Positions 1 to 9,133 of a stretch of 21,394 nucleotides of DNA are shown here, one piece after another; position 1 is the first letter of the stretch; each line of letters starts with the position of its first letter. A program made the position numbers and the translations under genes. Under the pieces are notes generated by a model. That model was not told where the DNA came from. It saw only the letters and a list, made by a program, of their open reading frames with translations, and did not search any database. The DNA lies in NCBI GenBank assembly GCA_044450345.1, contig JBIOIY010000053.1, positions 1 to 21,394 on the forward strand, given 5' to 3'. Source of the DNA: Thermodesulfovibrionales bacterium (GTDB lineage Bacteria; Nitrospirota; Thermodesulfovibrionia; Thermodesulfovibrionales; UBA6898).

Positions 1-320
1 AACATCTTGAGATAGAAAAGCCTGCCGTCCCCGATCGATCTTCGGGCCGAAAGTATACCGCCCTCTATATATTGCAGCTCAAAGTCTTTGAAGCCTTTCG
101 AAACAAGGCCCTTCGCATCGGCAGGGCAACCGCGCTCGCACCCGGCTATTCCTTTGATCATCGCCGGGACAAGACCTCTCACATCGATACCGCCAATGGA
201 AATTCCTTTTGAAGAGGAGAACTGATCAATCTTGCCGACTATTCCGTCCAGGTCAAGGTGAAAGGGGTCCGTGATCTCTATTGACATCGAATCCTTATCT
301 ATAACTACATCAAGTATCAT
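1..320 (-). CDS. Hypothetical protein, running off the left edge (MILDVVIDKDSMSIEITDPFHLD...GIAGCERGCPADAKG...LFYLKM)
   Basis: Manually translated. ATG at 320-318 with AGGAG RBS (332-328) 7 nt upstream; frame stays open for 106 codons to the window edge. Not in the ORF track because no stop lies in the window. Contains CxxGC. Confidence 0.75.
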   Translation of the reverse strand, partial: MILDVVIDKDSMSIEITDPFHLDLDGIVGKIDQFSSSKGISIGGIDVRGLVPAMIKGIAGCERGCPADAKGLVSKGFKDFELQYIEGGILSARRSIGDGRLFYLKM

Positions 321-367
321 TCCATGTCTCCTGTTTAATAGGGTATGTGTATGGAGTCTCTTCGTTT

Positions 368-437
368 GTCATGCCCGAAGTTATTAGTCGGGCATCCAAT
401 TTCGTTTTACCTGGATTCCCGCCTGCGGGGGAATGAC
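368..437. repeat. Composite palindromic intergenic repeat, dRS3/RPE-like (GTCAT-hairpin...CTGGATTCCC-N8-GGGAATGAC)
   Basis: Hairpin ATGCCCGA(371-378)/TCGGGCAT(388-395) and ATTCCC(415-420)-N8-GGGAAT(429-434). Outer ends GTCAT...ATGAC are complementary. Translates to the familiar repeat-derived peptide LDSRLRGND. Confidence 0.7.
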
Positions 438-601
438 GCCTTTTTGAAAGAGAGTCCAGTTTATACACAGAGGCTGTCAGCGCACCATAACAATTTATCA
501 GAAAAATACAGATTAAGTCTATTGTACATGTCCGGCTTATATAGAGTAAAAAGAATGCACCATAGGCCGTCGTTATAAGCCCCTCGGCAGCTCTCTCTCT
601 A

Positions 602-610
602 TGATATAAT
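602..610 (+). promoter_or_regulatory. Candidate extended -10 promoter for the radical SAM gene
   Basis: TG-A-TATAAT, 18 nt upstream of ATG 629. Confidence 0.5.
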
Positions 611-628
611 TCCTTAAGGTCCTTACCC

Positions 629-1750
629 ATGGAGACTATCGAAAAACTTAAAATTCTGTCCGAAGATTCCCAGTACGACCTGGCCTGTGCATGCGGCACG
701 AATACGCATGACCGCCGCAAAAGAGGACTCGACGGCAAATGGCTATATCCGGTCTCGCTGCCGCAGGGGGGTTACTCAATCCTTCTGAAGACGCTTCTTT
801 CCAATGCGTGCGCAAACGACTGCAAATATTGTCCCCTCCGTTCAGAGTCGAACGTGCGGCGCTGCACGCTTACTCCCGAAGAGATCGCCAATATATTCAT
901 GGGATATTATACGAGGAAAAAGGTATTCGGTCTCTTCCTTAGTTCCGCGGTCATCGGCAATCCTGATTTCACGATGGACAAGATCAACGCCGTTGCGCGT
1001 CTCCTTAGAGAACGACATGAATACAGGGGTTACATCCACCTGAAGATCATCCCTGGCGCTTCTGACGCAGCGATCGAGCAGGCCCTTTCCCTTGCTTCAG
1101 CTGTCTCACTCAACATCGAAACCCCCGGTAAAAAACACTGCGACACACTGTCGGGCAAAAAGGATTACGACAGGGACATTATCAGGCCCCTCAGGCTTAT
1201 GGGCAGGCTGACCGGAGAAGGCATGAGATTTTCGAAGAAGAAATGCACAACCCAGTTCATCGTCGGGGCCTCGGACGAGACCGACTCGGAGATCATAAAA
1301 TATGCATTTAAGCTCTATAAGGGGCTGCATTTCAACCGGGTCTATTTTTCGGCCTATCAAAAAGGCCTCGGCAACCCGGGCATCCCGGGTGAAACCCGGT
1401 CGGTGGCAAATCCAAACGGACATTTCATCAGGGAGCATCGTTTGTACCAGGCCGACTTCCTTTTGAGGAGGTACGGCTTCAGGGAAGAGGACTTCCTCCT
1501 CGGCGAAAGCGGAAACCTGCGGCTCGACAAAGACCCGAAACAGGTCTGGGCCGACAGCCATCCTGGATTTTATCCGGTAAGGTTAAACACCTGTGACAGG
1601 GATGCCCTGCTCAAGGTGCCCGGCATCGGACCTGAGACCGCCAAGCGTCTTCTCAAGACAAGGAGAGAAGGCAGGATCAGGCGAATCGAAGACCTCGGCG
1701 TCCGGGGCAAGAGGGCCGAGACGATCAAAAAGTATGTGATTTTCGAATAG
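629..1750 (+). CDS. Radical SAM protein with C-terminal helix-hairpin-helix (putative DNA modification/repair family, TIGR03916-like)
   Basis: CxxxCxxC (CANDCKYC) after LLKTLLSN; family-typical GLFLSS, GYIHLKIIPGA, TQFIVGA, REHRLYQADFLLRRYGF, DPK motifs; HhH LLKVPGIGPETAKRLL. Confidence 0.88.
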   Translation: METIEKLKILSEDSQYDLACACGTNTHDRRKRGLDGKWLYPVSLPQGGYSILLKTLLSNACANDCKYCPLRSESNVRRCTLTPEEIANIFMGYYTRKKVFGLFLSSAVIGNPDFTMDKINAVARLLRERHEYRGYIHLKIIPGASDAAIEQALSLASAVSLNIETPGKKHCDTLSGKKDYDRDIIRPLRLMGRLTGEGMRFSKKKCTTQFIVGASDETDSEIIKYAFKLYKGLHFNRVYFSAYQKGLGNPGIPGETRSVANPNGHFIREHRLYQADFLLRRYGFREEDFLLGESGNLRLDKDPKQVWADSHPGFYPVRLNTCDRDALLKVPGIGPETAKRLLKTRREGRIRRIEDLGVRGKRAETIKKYVIFE

Positions 1751-1761
1751 CCGATCAAAAT

Positions 1762-1843
1762 TTACCACAGAGGCGCTGGGTCTCAGGAATAAGATCTATG
1801 GTGATAACGGGTCTTTCTCTATTTCTCGGCGTCTTAGCGGTAA
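1762..1843. repeat. Degenerate inverted repeat pair
   Basis: TTACCACAGAGGCGCTGGG (1762-1780) versus the reverse complement of 1825-1843 (TTACCGCTAAGACGCCGAG): 13/19 identical, most mismatches are transitions. Confidence 0.35.
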
Positions 1844-1902
1844 GGTCATGTGCCGCCTATAGGATTTTGGCTATATTTGATAAAACTTCCGGGAGAACGT
1901 GA

Positions 1903-3141
1903 ATGGAATCTGCGATTACCTTTGAGATGGCCAAACAACTGCTGTCTTCTTTTGCGGTTATTCTGTTCGCAGGGGCGATATCCGGATTCCTGTCTCAGAA
2001 GTTTAACCTTCCCGACGTGGTGGTATACCTGGTGGCCGGCATAATCCTCGGACCCGAGGTGGCAGGATTATTGCGGGTTCCCGCCACTGCTGCGCTCAAT
2101 CAAATCATACTCATCTTCGGCGCCTGCTATATCCTCTTTGACGGCGGGGCCTCGGTAAAGTTAAGGGTCCTGAAAAAAATCTGGATCACACTGGCAGCCC
2201 TTTCCACTTTAGGGGTCCTCATCATGACGGCGCTTACGGGGCTGGCATCGCATTATGTCCTCGGACTCCCTTTGATCACGTCCATGCTGCTTGGGTCGGT
2301 CATTGCTCCGACCGACCCTGCGACGATAATACCTATTTTCCGCCAAGTCAGCATAAAAGAAAGGGTTTCCCAGGCGCTGATCAGCGAATCGGCGTTTAAT
2401 GACGCGACCGGATCGGTCATTGCGTTTGCGATCCTATCCGTTGCCATGGGCTCAGCGGGTTTTTCACTGAGTACATCCCTGTTGAACCTTTTGAAGCAGT
2501 CCGTTGTAGGGATTATTATAGGGTCGGCGATGGGGTATCTGGGCCTGCTGCTTATCGCCCATGAAAAGTATGACTTCCTGGCCAAATATGCCCCTGTCGT
2601 AACGCTGATGGCTGTTGTCGGGACCTATCTTGGTGCAGAGGACATGCAGGCCAGCGGCTTCACGGCGGTCTTTGTATTCGGCATAATGCTTGGCAACAAG
2701 AGGACCTTCGGCTTTCAGATGAGGCAGGAAGATAAAGAAAGGCTGGACGAACATGTTGCCAGAACAGCGATGATCATGCGGATGTTCATATTCATCCTCT
2801 TGGGGTCGCAGGTCGATTTCGGTCTTATAAGTAAATTCGTGCTGCCCGGGATCATCATTATTATATTTTTCATGTTTGCTGCGAGGCCGGCTACAGTCCT
2901 TTTATGCTCTCTGCCGGACAGGCGCGCCCGATGGAGTTTTAGCGAAATACTTTTTATGTGCTGGACAAGAGAGACAGGCGTTATCCCTGCCGCACTTGCC
3001 GGACTGATGCTTGGAAGGAAAGTGCCGGGAGGCCAGACGATCTCTGCCATTACATTTATCGCCATCCTTATGACAATACTTATTCAGGCCACCACAGCTA
3101 AATGGCTGGCGGGGAAGCTGGGACTGCTCGAAAAAAGATAA
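1903..3141 (+). CDS. CPA1-family cation (Na+ or K+)/H+ antiporter, NhaP-like, membrane domain only
   Basis: 412 aa, highly hydrophobic; motifs ILFDGG, IAPTDPA, ESAFNDATG, ARP; GGGAG RBS upstream. Confidence 0.9.
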   Translation: MESAITFEMAKQLLSSFAVILFAGAISGFLSQKFNLPDVVVYLVAGIILGPEVAGLLRVPATAALNQIILIFGACYILFDGGASVKLRVLKKIWITLAALSTLGVLIMTALTGLASHYVLGLPLITSMLLGSVIAPTDPATIIPIFRQVSIKERVSQALISESAFNDATGSVIAFAILSVAMGSAGFSLSTSLLNLLKQSVVGIIIGSAMGYLGLLLIAHEKYDFLAKYAPVVTLMAVVGTYLGAEDMQASGFTAVFVFGIMLGNKRTFGFQMRQEDKERLDEHVARTAMIMRMFIFILLGSQVDFGLISKFVLPGIIIIIFFMFAARPATVLLCSLPDRRARWSFSEILFMCWTRETGVIPAALAGLMLGRKVPGGQTISAITFIAILMTILIQATTAKWLAGKLGLLEKR

Positions 3142-3285
3142 AAGTTGTATATTCCAAGCTGAAGCTGCCAGGGCTCCATAAGATCCGGGTCCTCTTTCAA
3201 ATACCTTGCAATAACGAACCTTTCCGATAATGCGCCTTGAGAGCGGTCAAATTTTAAGAAAATCTTTAGCCTGTAGGCTATTTTC

Positions 3286-3319
3286 TTTACGCCTATTTTA
3301 CGCGCCTTCTTGATAAGCT
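3286..3319 (+). promoter_or_regulatory. Candidate KdpE-binding direct repeat plus extended -10 for the kdp operon
   Basis: TTTACGC at 3286 and 3297 (11-bp period, OmpR/PhoB-family geometry) covers the -35 position; TG-A-TAAGCT at 3311-3319 is followed 6 nt later by the GTG at 3326. Confidence 0.55.
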
Positions 3320-3325
3320 TGAATC

Positions 3326-3838
3326 GTGAACACCAGCGATGCTGTCATATTTCTGGACAGTCCGGAAGCGGTCTCTGTCGATAAGCCGGATTTTCCTCGC
3401 GGAACAGGAAATCATTTCGTGGTAATTCCTGTCGCCGAAGTGAATATGCCTGTGATGAACGCAATTCGCTATGCAAAAATCCTTAGCGGCAAAATTGTGG
3501 CAGTCCATATACTTCTTAATCCTTCTGACGGAGACAGGATCGAATACCGGTGGAAGATGCAAGATATAGATATTCCCCTCATGGTCCTCGAATCTCCCGA
3601 AGGTTCTCTCATTCGGCCGCTCAAGGCATATGTCGACGGAATCCGCAGTAGCCACAAGGAAAGTGTCGTCACTATCGTATTGCCGGTGCTTGTCGGCCTG
3701 AAATGGTGGCAACGCGTTTTGCATAACCAAACAGCACGTTTAATTGAAAGGGCTTTTGAGCGAGAGGCCGGAGTGGCGACCATCCGCGTTCCGTTTTCTT
3801 TACCAGATGCTTCTTGTAAAGGAAGTTGTGCTCTCTAA
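3326..3838 (+). CDS. Stand-alone soluble protein resembling the C-terminal cytoplasmic domain of KimA/YdaO-type APC K+ transporters
   Basis: Motifs VVIPVA..AIRYAK.LS..IVAVHI, W......L.VLESP..SLIRPL, VTIVLP....KWWQRVLHNQTA, VPF match the remembered KimA C-terminal pattern. No membrane domain; in-frame stops lie immediately upstream. Confidence 0.75.
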   Translation: MNTSDAVIFLDSPEAVSVDKPDFPRGTGNHFVVIPVAEVNMPVMNAIRYAKILSGKIVAVHILLNPSDGDRIEYRWKMQDIDIPLMVLESPEGSLIRPLKAYVDGIRSSHKESVVTIVLPVLVGLKWWQRVLHNQTARLIERAFEREAGVATIRVPFSLPDASCKGSCAL

Positions 3839-3914
3839 CACAAAGAGATAGGATTTTGGTAACTCCCATGATGATAGTAAAAATGAATAGGTATTTTCGC
3901 AAAGGAGGTACGTT

Positions 3915-3995
3915 ATGGACATTGTCTATATCGGTATAGTGGTCGCATTATTTGTCCTCAGCCTGCTCTTCGTGAAACTGGCTGAGAAAGTGTAG
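3915..3995 (+). CDS. 26-aa single-TM peptide upstream of kdpF (MDIVYIGIVVALFVLSLLFVKLAEKV)
   Basis: Manually translated. AAGGAGG RBS at 3902-3908; hydrophobic core; TAG stop overlaps the kdpF RBS. Confidence 0.75.
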   Translation: MDIVYIGIVVALFVLSLLFVKLAEKV

Positions 3996-4005
3996 GAGGA
4001 AAACT

Positions 4006-4098
4006 ATGGAACTGTTTTACTGGATAGGCGGCGTTGTGGCGCTCGGTCTTCTAGTGTATCTTTTTGTGGCTCTACTAAAGCCGGAGGTGTTCTCATGA
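4006..4098 (+). CDS. kdpF: K+-transporting ATPase subunit F ([30 protein letters not shown])
   Basis: Manually translated. AGGAGG RBS; YL..ALLKPE.F signature; ATGA overlap with the kdpA start. Confidence 0.92.
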   Translation: MELFYWIGGVVALGLLVYLFVALLKPEVFS

Positions 4099-5897
4099 CC
4101 GGGAATGACATATTCCAGATTGTCCTGTATTTTGGCGTTCTGCTGCTTCTTGCGAAGCCGCTGGGCGATTATATGGCGAGGGTTTACGAAAACCAGCCAT
4201 TTGGCCTCGACCGGGTGCTTGGGCCGGTGGAGCGTATTTTTTATAGGCTTTGCGGCATCGGGCCCGAAGAGGAGATGGACTGGAAACAGTATACGATCGC
4301 GGTGCTTGTCTTCAGTGTAGGCGGGCTGTTTGTGGTTTATCTCTTGCAGCGCTTGCAGGGGATTCTGCCCCTGAACCCGCAAAAGCTCCCTGGCGTCTCC
4401 CCTGATTCTTCTTTTAACACGGCTGTCAGTTTTATCACTAACACGAACTGGCAGGGGTACGGCGGTGAATCGACGATGAGCTATCTCACGCAGATGGCCG
4501 GGCTCGCGGTCCAGAATTTTCTTTCTGCGGCGGCAGGTATGGCTGTTCTCGTGGCGCTGATCCGCGGGTTCACTAGACATTCTTCAAAGACGATCGGCAA
4601 CTTTTGGGTCGATCTCACCCGCACGACTCTATACATATTGATCCCGCTTTCGCTGATCTATTCTCTGCTCCTCGTTTCTCAAGGAGTTGTGCAGACCTTC
4701 AGCGAGTATAAGAATGTGCCTCTTACGCAGACTATAACCTATGATAATCCGAAGCTCGATGCCCAGGGCAACCCGATCAAGGACGAAAAAGGCAATCCGG
4801 TGACCGAGAAGGCTCAGATGAAAGAGCAGGCCATACCTCTTGGCCCTGCCGCTTCACAGATTGCGATCAAGCAGCTCGGCACAAACGGCGGCGGATTTTT
4901 CAATGTGAATTCGGCCCATCCCTTCGAGAACCCGACTCCGTTTTCGAATTTTCTTGAGGTATTGGCGATTCTGCTGATACCTGCGGCCCTCTGCATCACC
5001 TTCGGGAAGATGGTCGGAGACAAGCGACAGGGCCGGGCGCTGCTTGCTGCGATGACGATCGTTCTTGTCGCACTGATGACGCTCTGCGTATGGAGCGAAC
5101 GACAAGGAAATCCGCATTTAGCCGCGCTTGGTATCGATCAAACGGCGAGCACGTTACAGTCCGGAGGCAATTTGGAGGGCAAGGAGGCCCGCTTCGGGAT
5201 CGTGAATTCCGCGATCTGGGCGACCGCCACCACGGCGGCCTCGAACGGGTCTGTGAATGCCATGCATGATTCCTTCACCCCGATAGGCGGTCTTATCCCG
5301 ATGTGGCTTATCCAGCTTGGAGAGGTCATCTTCGGAGGCGTCGGCTCCGGGCTTTACGGTATGCTGATATTCGCTATCCTCACCGTATTCATCGCCGGCC
5401 TCATGGTCGGCCGCACACCGGAGTATCTCGGCAAGAAGATCGAGATGTTCGAGATGAAGATGTCCATTCTCCTAGTGCTGATTATCAATGCCCTGGTCAA
5501 AATAGGGACCGCAATCGGCGTCTCGACAAAGGCCGGGGTTGCAGGCATCGCTAATCCCGGGCCGCACGGTTTTTCCGAAATACTCTACGCCTTTTCATCG
5601 GCTGCGAACAATAATGGCAGCGCCTTTGCGGGTTTGAGTGCGAATACTGTTTTCTATAATACGGCGCTCGGCATCGTGATGTTCATCGGCCGGTTCTGGG
5701 CGATAATTCCCGTACTGGCGATCGCCGGATCTCTGGCGAAAAAGAAAAAGGTGCCGGCCGGATTAGGGACTCTGCCGACCCACACCCCCTTGTTCGTGAC
5801 CTTTTTGATCGGTGTCATCTTGATCGTCGGCGCTTTGTCGTTCATGCCGAGCCTGGCGCTTGGGCCGATCGCCGAACAATTGATATCCGGCAGATAA
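4095..5897 (+). CDS. kdpA: K+-transporting ATPase subunit A
   Basis: Filter motifs [49 protein letters not shown]. Confidence 0.98.
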   Translation: MTGNDIFQIVLYFGVLLLLAKPLGDYMARVYENQPFGLDRVLGPVERIFYRLCGIGPEEEMDWKQYTIAVLVFSVGGLFVVYLLQRLQGILPLNPQKLPGVSPDSSFNTAVSFITNTNWQGYGGESTMSYLTQMAGLAVQNFLSAAAGMAVLVALIRGFTRHSSKTIGNFWVDLTRTTLYILIPLSLIYSLLLVSQGVVQTFSEYKNVPLTQTITYDNPKLDAQGNPIKDEKGNPVTEKAQMKEQAIPLGPAASQIAIKQLGTNGGGFFNVNSAHPFENPTPFSNFLEVLAILLIPAALCITFGKMVGDKRQGRALLAAMTIVLVALMTLCVWSERQGNPHLAALGIDQTASTLQSGGNLEGKEARFGIVNSAIWATATTAASNGSVNAMHDSFTPIGGLIPMWLIQLGEVIFGGVGSGLYGMLIFAILTVFIAGLMVGRTPEYLGKKIEMFEMKMSILLVLIINALVKIGTAIGVSTKAGVAGIANPGPHGFSEILYAFSSAANNNGSAFAGLSANTVFYNTALGIVMFIGRFWAIIPVLAIAGSLAKKKKVPAGLGTLPTHTPLFVTFLIGVILIVGALSFMPSLALGPIAEQLISGR

Positions 5898-5922
5898 CAA
5901 AATACAGATTGTGAGGAAAACT

Positions 5923-7995
5923 ATGAGCAGAAAAAAAGATAAAAGATCTCTTTTTGAACCTACAATTGTACGTCGGGCCTTGTGGGATTCGGTCAGAAAA
6001 CTTAATCCGATACATCAGATAAAGAACCCGGTGATGTTCGTGGTGGAGGTGGGCAGCATTCTCACGACTCTCCTTTTCTTCCACGCACTTATCGGCAAGG
6101 GTGAGGCGTCGCCAGGTTTCATCCTTCAGATTTCGATCTGGCTCTGGGTAACAGTGCTCTTTGCCAACTTTGCCGAGTCGATGGCGGAAGGCAGGGGAAA
6201 AGCCCAGGCTGAATCGCTACGCAAGACGCGAAGCGACGTCACAGCAAAACGCCTTGCCAAGGAGGACCGGAATTCCGAAGTCATCAAAGTGTCTTCTGCC
6301 CAGCTCAAGAAAGGCGATATCGTGCTTGTTGAGGCCGGTGATACGATTCCTATGGACGGCGAGGTGATCGAGGGCGTTGCCTCGGTCAATGAAAGCGCCA
6401 TTACCGGCGAGAGTGCCCCTGTGATCAGGGAAAGCGGCGGAGACTTCAGTTCCGTGACCGGCGGCACGAAGGTGCTGTCCGACTGGATTGTGGTGAGAAT
6501 TACCGTAAATCCCGGTGAGACGTTCCTCGACAGGATGATCGCCATGGTCGAAGGCTCAAAGCGGCAGAAGACGCCGAATGAGATCGCCCTGGACATACTG
6601 CTTGCAGGTCTGACAATCATCTTTTTATTGGTGACCGTGACATTGCTTCCATTTTCGATCTTCAGCGTTCAGGCGGCAGGCCAGGGAAGCCCTGTCACCA
6701 TAACCGTGCTTGTCTCGCTTCTGGTCTGCCTGATACCTACCACGATCGGCGGCCTTCTTTCGGCCATAGGCATCGCAGGTATGGACCGCATGATCCAGGC
6801 CAATGTAATAGCCATGTCGGGACGTGCGGTGGAAGCGGCAGGCGATGTCGACGTGCTCCTTCTTGATAAAACCGGAACAATCACCCTTGGCGACCGGCAG
6901 GCCACCGCGTTTTTTCCAGTTGCGGGAGTAGATGCGCGAGCCCTCGCTGACGCGGCCCAGCTTGCATCTTTGGCAGACGAGACCCCTGAAGGAAGAAGCG
7001 TCGTTGTTCTGGCGAAAGAAAAATACGGGATCCGCGAAAGGGACATCCATTCCCTCGGCGCGGAGTTCGTTCCCTTCACAGCACAGACGAGGATGAGCGG
7101 CGTCAATCTGAACAGTCGTCAGATCCGCAAGGGCGCGGCGGACGCGGTCGAAAAATATGTCCAGTTACAGGGCGGAACATTTCCGTCGGATACCCGCGCA
7201 ATCATCGATGATATCGCTAAACAGGGTTCAACACCGCTCGTCGTGGCCGAAGGCCTGAAAGTGCTCGGTGTCATTCAATTGAAGGACATTGTCAAGGGCG
7301 GAATTAAAGAGCGTTTTGCTGAAATGCGGCAGATGGGGATCAAGACTATCATGATCACCGGAGACAACCCGCTTACCGCCTCTGCGATTGCCGCTGAGGC
7401 TGGCGTGGATGATTTTTTGGCTGAGGCGACGCCCGAGACAAAGCTCAAGCTCATACGGGAGCACCAGGCTGGAGGTAGGCTCGTGGCCATGACCGGAGAC
7501 GGCACAAACGACGCGCCGGCCCTTGCCCAGGCCGATGTAGCTGTTGCGATGAACACAGGCACTCAGGCGGCGAAGGAGGCTGGCAATCTGGTGGATCTCG
7601 ACTCCAACCCGACGAAGCTGATCGAGATCGTAGAGATCGGTAAACAATTGTTAATGACCAGAGGCACGCTCACGACCTTCAGCATTGCAAACGACGTGGC
7701 GAAATATTTTGCGATTCTGCCGGCGGCGTTTCTTTCGATCTATCCGGCGCTGGGTGCGCTCAATATCATGCATTTGGCAACGCCGCAGAGCGCTGTCCTG
7801 TCTGCGGTGATCTTCAACGCGCTGATTATAATTTTTCTGATCCCGTTGGCGCTTCGCGGCGTGAAATATCGCCCCCTCGGCGCTGAGGTAGTCTTACGTA
7901 ACAACGCCCTTATTTATGGGGTCGGCGGGCTGATTGTTCCGTTTATCGGCATCAAGTTGATCGACATGCTCATAACAGCCCTGCATATAGTTTGA
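5923..7995 (+). CDS. kdpB: K+-transporting P-type ATPase subunit B
   Basis: [35 protein letters not shown] motifs. ATG 5923 preferred over GTG 5911 because GAGG lies at 5913-5916. Confidence 0.98.
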   Translation: MSRKKDKRSLFEPTIVRRALWDSVRKLNPIHQIKNPVMFVVEVGSILTTLLFFHALIGKGEASPGFILQISIWLWVTVLFANFAESMAEGRGKAQAESLRKTRSDVTAKRLAKEDRNSEVIKVSSAQLKKGDIVLVEAGDTIPMDGEVIEGVASVNESAITGESAPVIRESGGDFSSVTGGTKVLSDWIVVRITVNPGETFLDRMIAMVEGSKRQKTPNEIALDILLAGLTIIFLLVTVTLLPFSIFSVQAAGQGSPVTITVLVSLLVCLIPTTIGGLLSAIGIAGMDRMIQANVIAMSGRAVEAAGDVDVLLLDKTGTITLGDRQATAFFPVAGVDARALADAAQLASLADETPEGRSVVVLAKEKYGIRERDIHSLGAEFVPFTAQTRMSGVNLNSRQIRKGAADAVEKYVQLQGGTFPSDTRAIIDDIAKQGSTPLVVAEGLKVLGVIQLKDIVKGGIKERFAEMRQMGIKTIMITGDNPLTASAIAAEAGVDDFLAEATPETKLKLIREHQAGGRLVAMTGDGTNDAPALAQADVAVAMNTGTQAAKEAGNLVDLDSNPTKLIEIVEIGKQLLMTRGTLTTFSIANDVAKYFAILPAAFLSIYPALGALNIMHLATPQSAVLSAVIFNALIIIFLIPLALRGVKYRPLGAEVVLRNNALIYGVGGLIVPFIGIKLIDMLITALHIV

Positions 7996-8008
7996 AACGG
8001 AGGAAATC

Positions 8009-8587
8009 ATGATAAGAATGATTCGTAACACGCTTATGTCTCTGTTACTCTTCACAGTCATCACAGGGTTTATTTACCCGCTGGCAGTAACCGGGCTCGC
8101 CCAGGTAATTTTTCCGGAAAAGGCAAACGGGAGCATTATCACGAAGAACGGCAGGCCCGTGGGCTCTGAGCTGCTTGGACAGCAGTTCGAAGACCCGAAA
8201 TATTTCTGGGGGAGGCTTTCGGCGACGACCCCCTATCCCTATAACGGAGGTTCGTCATCCGGCTCTAATCTCGGGCCGAATAACCCTGATCTCATGAAGG
8301 CCGTCACAGGAAGGACTCAGGCCCTGCGCGAGGCTGATCCGGGCAATACAGCGAAGATACCAGTTGATCTGGCTACTGCTTCAGGCAGCGGGCTTGATCC
8401 CCACATCAGCCCTGCTGCTGCTGCGTATCAGGTGCAAAGGGTCGCAAAGCTTCGCGGCATCGATGAGGCAAAAGTCAGCGCATTAGTAGCTGCCAATACC
8501 GAAGGCCGGCAGTTCGGGTTTCTGGGCGAACCTGTGGTCAATGTACTTAAAGTGAATTTGGCACTGGATGAACTCGGACAGAAATAA
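8009..8587 (+). CDS. kdpC: K+-transporting ATPase subunit C
   Basis: N-terminal [52 protein letters not shown]. Confidence 0.98.
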   Translation: MIRMIRNTLMSLLLFTVITGFIYPLAVTGLAQVIFPEKANGSIITKNGRPVGSELLGQQFEDPKYFWGRLSATTPYPYNGGSSSGSNLGPNNPDLMKAVTGRTQALREADPGNTAKIPVDLATASGSGLDPHISPAAAAYQVQRVAKLRGIDEAKVSALVAANTEGRQFGFLGEPVVNVLKVNLALDELGQK

Positions 8588-8598
8588 GAGGTGAAATA

Positions 8599-9003
8599 AT
8601 GAAAGGCAAACCAATGACAAAAGGCAGAATTGAAATAATATTTATGGTTCTGCTCCTGGTGGCTATCAGCGCGCCCTTGGCTGCGTTTGCCGTAGACTAT
8701 CCGGTCCAGCTTTATCATCGGGAGCTAAGGCACGACAAGTTTGTGAAAGGTGACACGGTGTATATGTTTCATAGCGGCACCGAAGACGTAACAAAGACTA
8801 TTCATGTCAACGATACCCTTGCCGTCTACAGGACAAGTCCTTCATGTGAGGTTATGCCAATCGGAATAATCAGGGTGATATCTTTTGTCGGAGAAACATA
8901 TATTAAGGGCGAGGTCTTTGCCGGCGAGATTAAACCTGACGATATTGCGAAAAAGGAAAATGTCTCATGCCTCATAATCTCGGCAGGTGTATGTGAACAT
9001 TAA
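8599..9003 (+). CDS. Hypothetical exported protein within the kdp operon
   Basis: GAGGTG RBS right after the kdpC stop; signal peptide ending in AFA; beta-rich mature region with three Cys. Start may be 8599 or 8614. Confidence 0.7.
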   Translation: MKGKPMTKGRIEIIFMVLLLVAISAPLAAFAVDYPVQLYHRELRHDKFVKGDTVYMFHSGTEDVTKTIHVNDTLAVYRTSPSCEVMPIGIIRVISFVGETYIKGEVFAGEIKPDDIAKKENVSCLIISAGVCEH

Positions 9004-9133
9004 TCAGCGATAATGGCCGCCGTCGTAATAGGCGCACAACAGCAGAAAGTATAGTGAGGTTCAGGCTAACAACAGATAGGATGGAGAGAAGTGGGTTGCG
9101 AACAACAAACTTATAAAGGAGCAGGAGGAAAAG

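Noticed and set aside
310..738. 142-aa minus ORF and 77-aa plus ORF (345-578)
   Set aside because: They span the intergenic palindromic repeat, the longer one also overlaps the radical SAM start, and their motifs are repeat-derived.
3142..3325. c-di-AMP (ydaO) riboswitch upstream of the KimA-like gene
   Set aside because: Expected from context, but I could not see the conserved GCTGAATCC / GGGGGAACC elements. An Rfam scan would settle it.
5911..5922. GTG start for kdpB
   Set aside because: This stretch contains the RBS for ATG 5923.
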